Origin: Eledone cirrhosa
Taxonomy: Eukaryota
Direction: 5' to 3'
Assembly: GCA_964016885.1 (NCBI GenBank)
Contig: OZ024742.1
Location: 167,710,001-167,774,000 of the forward strand
DNA length: 64,000 nt
Shown: positions 61,884-64,000 of the stretch, piece after piece
Position numbering within the stretch: position 1 is the first letter of the stretch
How the letters are laid out: each line of letters begins with the position of its first letter
The notes under the pieces: model-generated
Databases searched by the model: none
What the model was told of the DNA's origin: nothing
What the model saw: the letters and a program-made list of their open reading frames with translations, nothing else
Program-made: the position numbers and the translations under genes

Positions 61884-64000
61884 CAAGGGGAGATAATTTC
61901 CAGCCTTCCAAGGGGAGATAATTTTCAGCCGTCCAAGGGGAGATGATTTCCCGCCAGCCAAGGGAAGATAATATTTTAAAAAATCAGGCGGAGACAATTT
62001 GTAAAAAAAATCAGAGGGAGATAATTTGTAAAAAAATCAGGGGGAGATAATTTGTAAAAAAAAAATCAGGGGGAGATAATTTGTAAAAAAAATCAGGGGG
62101 AGATAATTTGTAAAAAAAAATCAGGGGTAGATAATTTGTAAAAAAAAATCAGGGGGAGATAATTTGTAAAAAAAAATCAGGGGGAGATAATTTGTAAAAA
62201 AAATCAAGGGGAGATAATTTCCAGCCGTCCAAGGAGAGATAATTTTAAAAAAAAATCAGGCGGAGATAATTTGTAAAAAAAATCAAGGGGAGATAATTTG
62301 TAAAAAAAAATCAGGGGGAGATAATTTGTAAAAAAAATCAAGGGGAGATAATTTCCAGCCGTCCAAGGGAAGATAATTTCCAGCACTCCAAGGGGCTATA
62401 ATTTCCAGTGTCCAAGGGGAGATAATTTCCAGCCAGCGAAGGGGAGATAATTTTTTTTAAAAAATCAGGGGGAGATATGTAAAAAAAATCAGAGGGAGAT
62501 AATTTCTAAAAAAAATCAAAGGGAGATAATTTCCAGCCGTCCAAAGAGAGATAATTTCTAGCCGTCCAAGGGGAGATAATTTCCAGCCAAGGGAAGATAA
62601 TTTCCAGCCGTCCAAGGGGAGATAATTATTTAAAAAATCAGGTGGAGATAATTTGTAAAAAAAATCAGGGGGAGATAATTTGTAAAAACAAAATCAAGGG
62701 CAGATAATTTCCAGCTGTCCAAGGGGAGATAATTTCCAGCCGTGCAAGGGGAGATAATTTCCAGCCGTCCAAGGGGAGATAATTTCCATCCTTCCAAGGG
62801 GAGATAATCTCCAGCCGTCCAAGGGGAGATAATTTCCCGCCAGCCAAGGGAAGATAATTTTTAAAAAAATCAGGCGGAGATTGTAAAAAAAATCAGGGGG
62901 AGATAATTTGTAAAAAAATCAGGGGGAGATAATTTGTAAAAAAAAAATCAGGGGAGATAATTTGTAAAAAAAAATCAGGGGGAGATAATTTGTAAAAAAA
63001 AAATCAGGGGGAGATAAATTGTAAAAAAAAATCAGGGGGAGATAATTTGTAAAAAAAAATCAAGGGGAGATAATTTGTAAAAAAAATCAGGGGGAGATAA
63101 TTAGTAAAAAAATCAAGGGGAGATAATTTCCAGCCGTCCAAGGGGAGGTAATATCTAGCCGTCCAAGGGGAGATAATTTCCAGCCGTCCAAGGGGAGATA
63201 ATTTCCAGCCGTCCAAGGGCAGATAATATCCAGCCGTCCAAGTAGACATATTTTCCAGCCGTCCAAGAAGAGGTAATTTCTAGCCGTCCAAGGGGAGATA
63301 AATTCCAGCCTCCAAGGGGAGATAATTTCCAGCCAGCCAAGGGGAGATAATTTGTAAAAAAATCAGGGGGAGATAATTTGTAAAAAAAATCAGGGGGAGA
63401 TGATTTGTAAAAAAAAATCAGGGGGAGATAATTTGTAAAAAAAATCAGGGGGAGATAATTTGTAAAAAAAAATCAGGGGGTGATAATTTGTAAAAAAAAA
63501 TCAGGGGGAGATAATTTGTAAAAAAAAATCAGGGGGAGATAATTTGTAAAAAAAATCAAGGGGAGATAATTTCCAGCCGTCCAAGGGGAGATAATTTCCA
63601 GCCGTCCAAGGGGAGGTAATATCTAGCCGTCCAAGGGGAGATAATTTCCAGCCGTCCAAGAGGAGATAATTTCCAGCCGTCCAAGGGAAGATAATTTCAA
63701 GCCCTCCAAGGGGCTATAATTTCCAGTGTCCAAGGGGAGATAATTTCCAGCCAGCGAAGGGGAGATAATTTTTTTTTAAAAATCAGGGGGAGATTTGTAA
63801 AAAAAATCAGGGGGAGATAATTTGTAAAAAAAATCAAGGGGAGATAATTTCCAGCCGTCGAAGGGAAGATAATTTCCAGCCCTCCAAGGGGCTATAATTT
63901 CCAGCGTCCAAGGGGAGATAATTTCCAGCCAGCGAAGGGGAGATAATTTTTTAAAAAAAATCATTGGGAGATTTGTAAAAAAAATCAGGGAGAGATAATT
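61884..64000 (+). repeat. ~11-kb higher-order repeat, copy 3, truncated by the window end
   Basis: The offset to copy 1 is a constant 21,554 (41111->62665, 41450->63004, 42222->63776). It retains the segment that copy 2 lacks. Confidence 0.85.

Larger units (their letters stand above)
1..64000 (+). repeat. Composite tandem satellite array of two related monomers (25-bp type A and ~27-bp type B), extending beyond both window edges
   Basis: The core (A/G)GGGGAGATAATTT or a close variant recurs every ~21-30 bp from start to end in one orientation. It is followed by either CCAGCCGTCC (A) or GT-A(n)-TC (B). No unique interruption was seen. Confidence 0.99.

Noticed and set aside
7-63964. All minus-strand ORFs (60-231 aa; LSPLGRLEIISPWTAGNYLPLDGWK-type peptides)
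   Set aside because: They are repeat by-products. The reverse complement of type A has no stop in any frame and type B has a single TGA, while the + strand has TAA in every unit. The ORFs overlap in several frames, start mostly at TTG/CTG and are freely frameshifted between copies by A-tract changes.
1-64000. CRISPR-like look (constant core plus variable spacer)
   Set aside because: The core is only ~13 bp, the 'spacers' are two recurring ~10-14 bp sequences rather than unique ones, and there is no leader or cas gene.
1-64000. G-quadruplex array from G4-G5 runs
   Set aside because: The runs are separated by about 21-25 nt, far longer than typical stable loops. Intramolecular G4 is not supported by sequence alone.
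1-64000. A/B order as an information-bearing code
   Set aside because: The order is adequately explained by nested duplications and deletions of a few cassettes, and no readout mechanism is evident.

Overview
The whole 64-kb window is one uninterrupted, single-orientation satellite DNA array of roughly 2,450 monomers (64,000 bp / ~26 bp). I see no credible genes, RNA genes, transposons or unique sequence. It is built from two monomer families that share the core GGGGAGATAATTT. Type A is 25 bp (AAGGGGAGATAATTTCCAGCCGTCC, 52% GC). Type B is about 26-30 bp (AGGGGGAGATAATTTGT-A7..11-TC, about 30% GC). A and B occur in alternating blocks with a stereotyped junction grammar and a small set of recurring variant-monomer cassettes. 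Above this sit nested higher-order repeats: a ~9-kb unit in four full or deleted copies (1-~30,300), a 735-bp tandem duplication, a 6,145-bp tandem duplication (~30,900-43,225) and a ~10.4-11.1-kb unit in two copies plus the start of a third (~40,330-64,000). All ORFs in the track are minus-strand by-products of the repeat. The most unusual signals are the two-monomer grammar, the conserved poly-A length pattern (8-7-10-8-9) and the length-conserving sliding T(n)A(m) boundaries. Organism and function cannot be determined from the sequence. Breakpoints and offsets were read by eye and from ORF-track coordinates, so boundaries are approximate to about one monomer.
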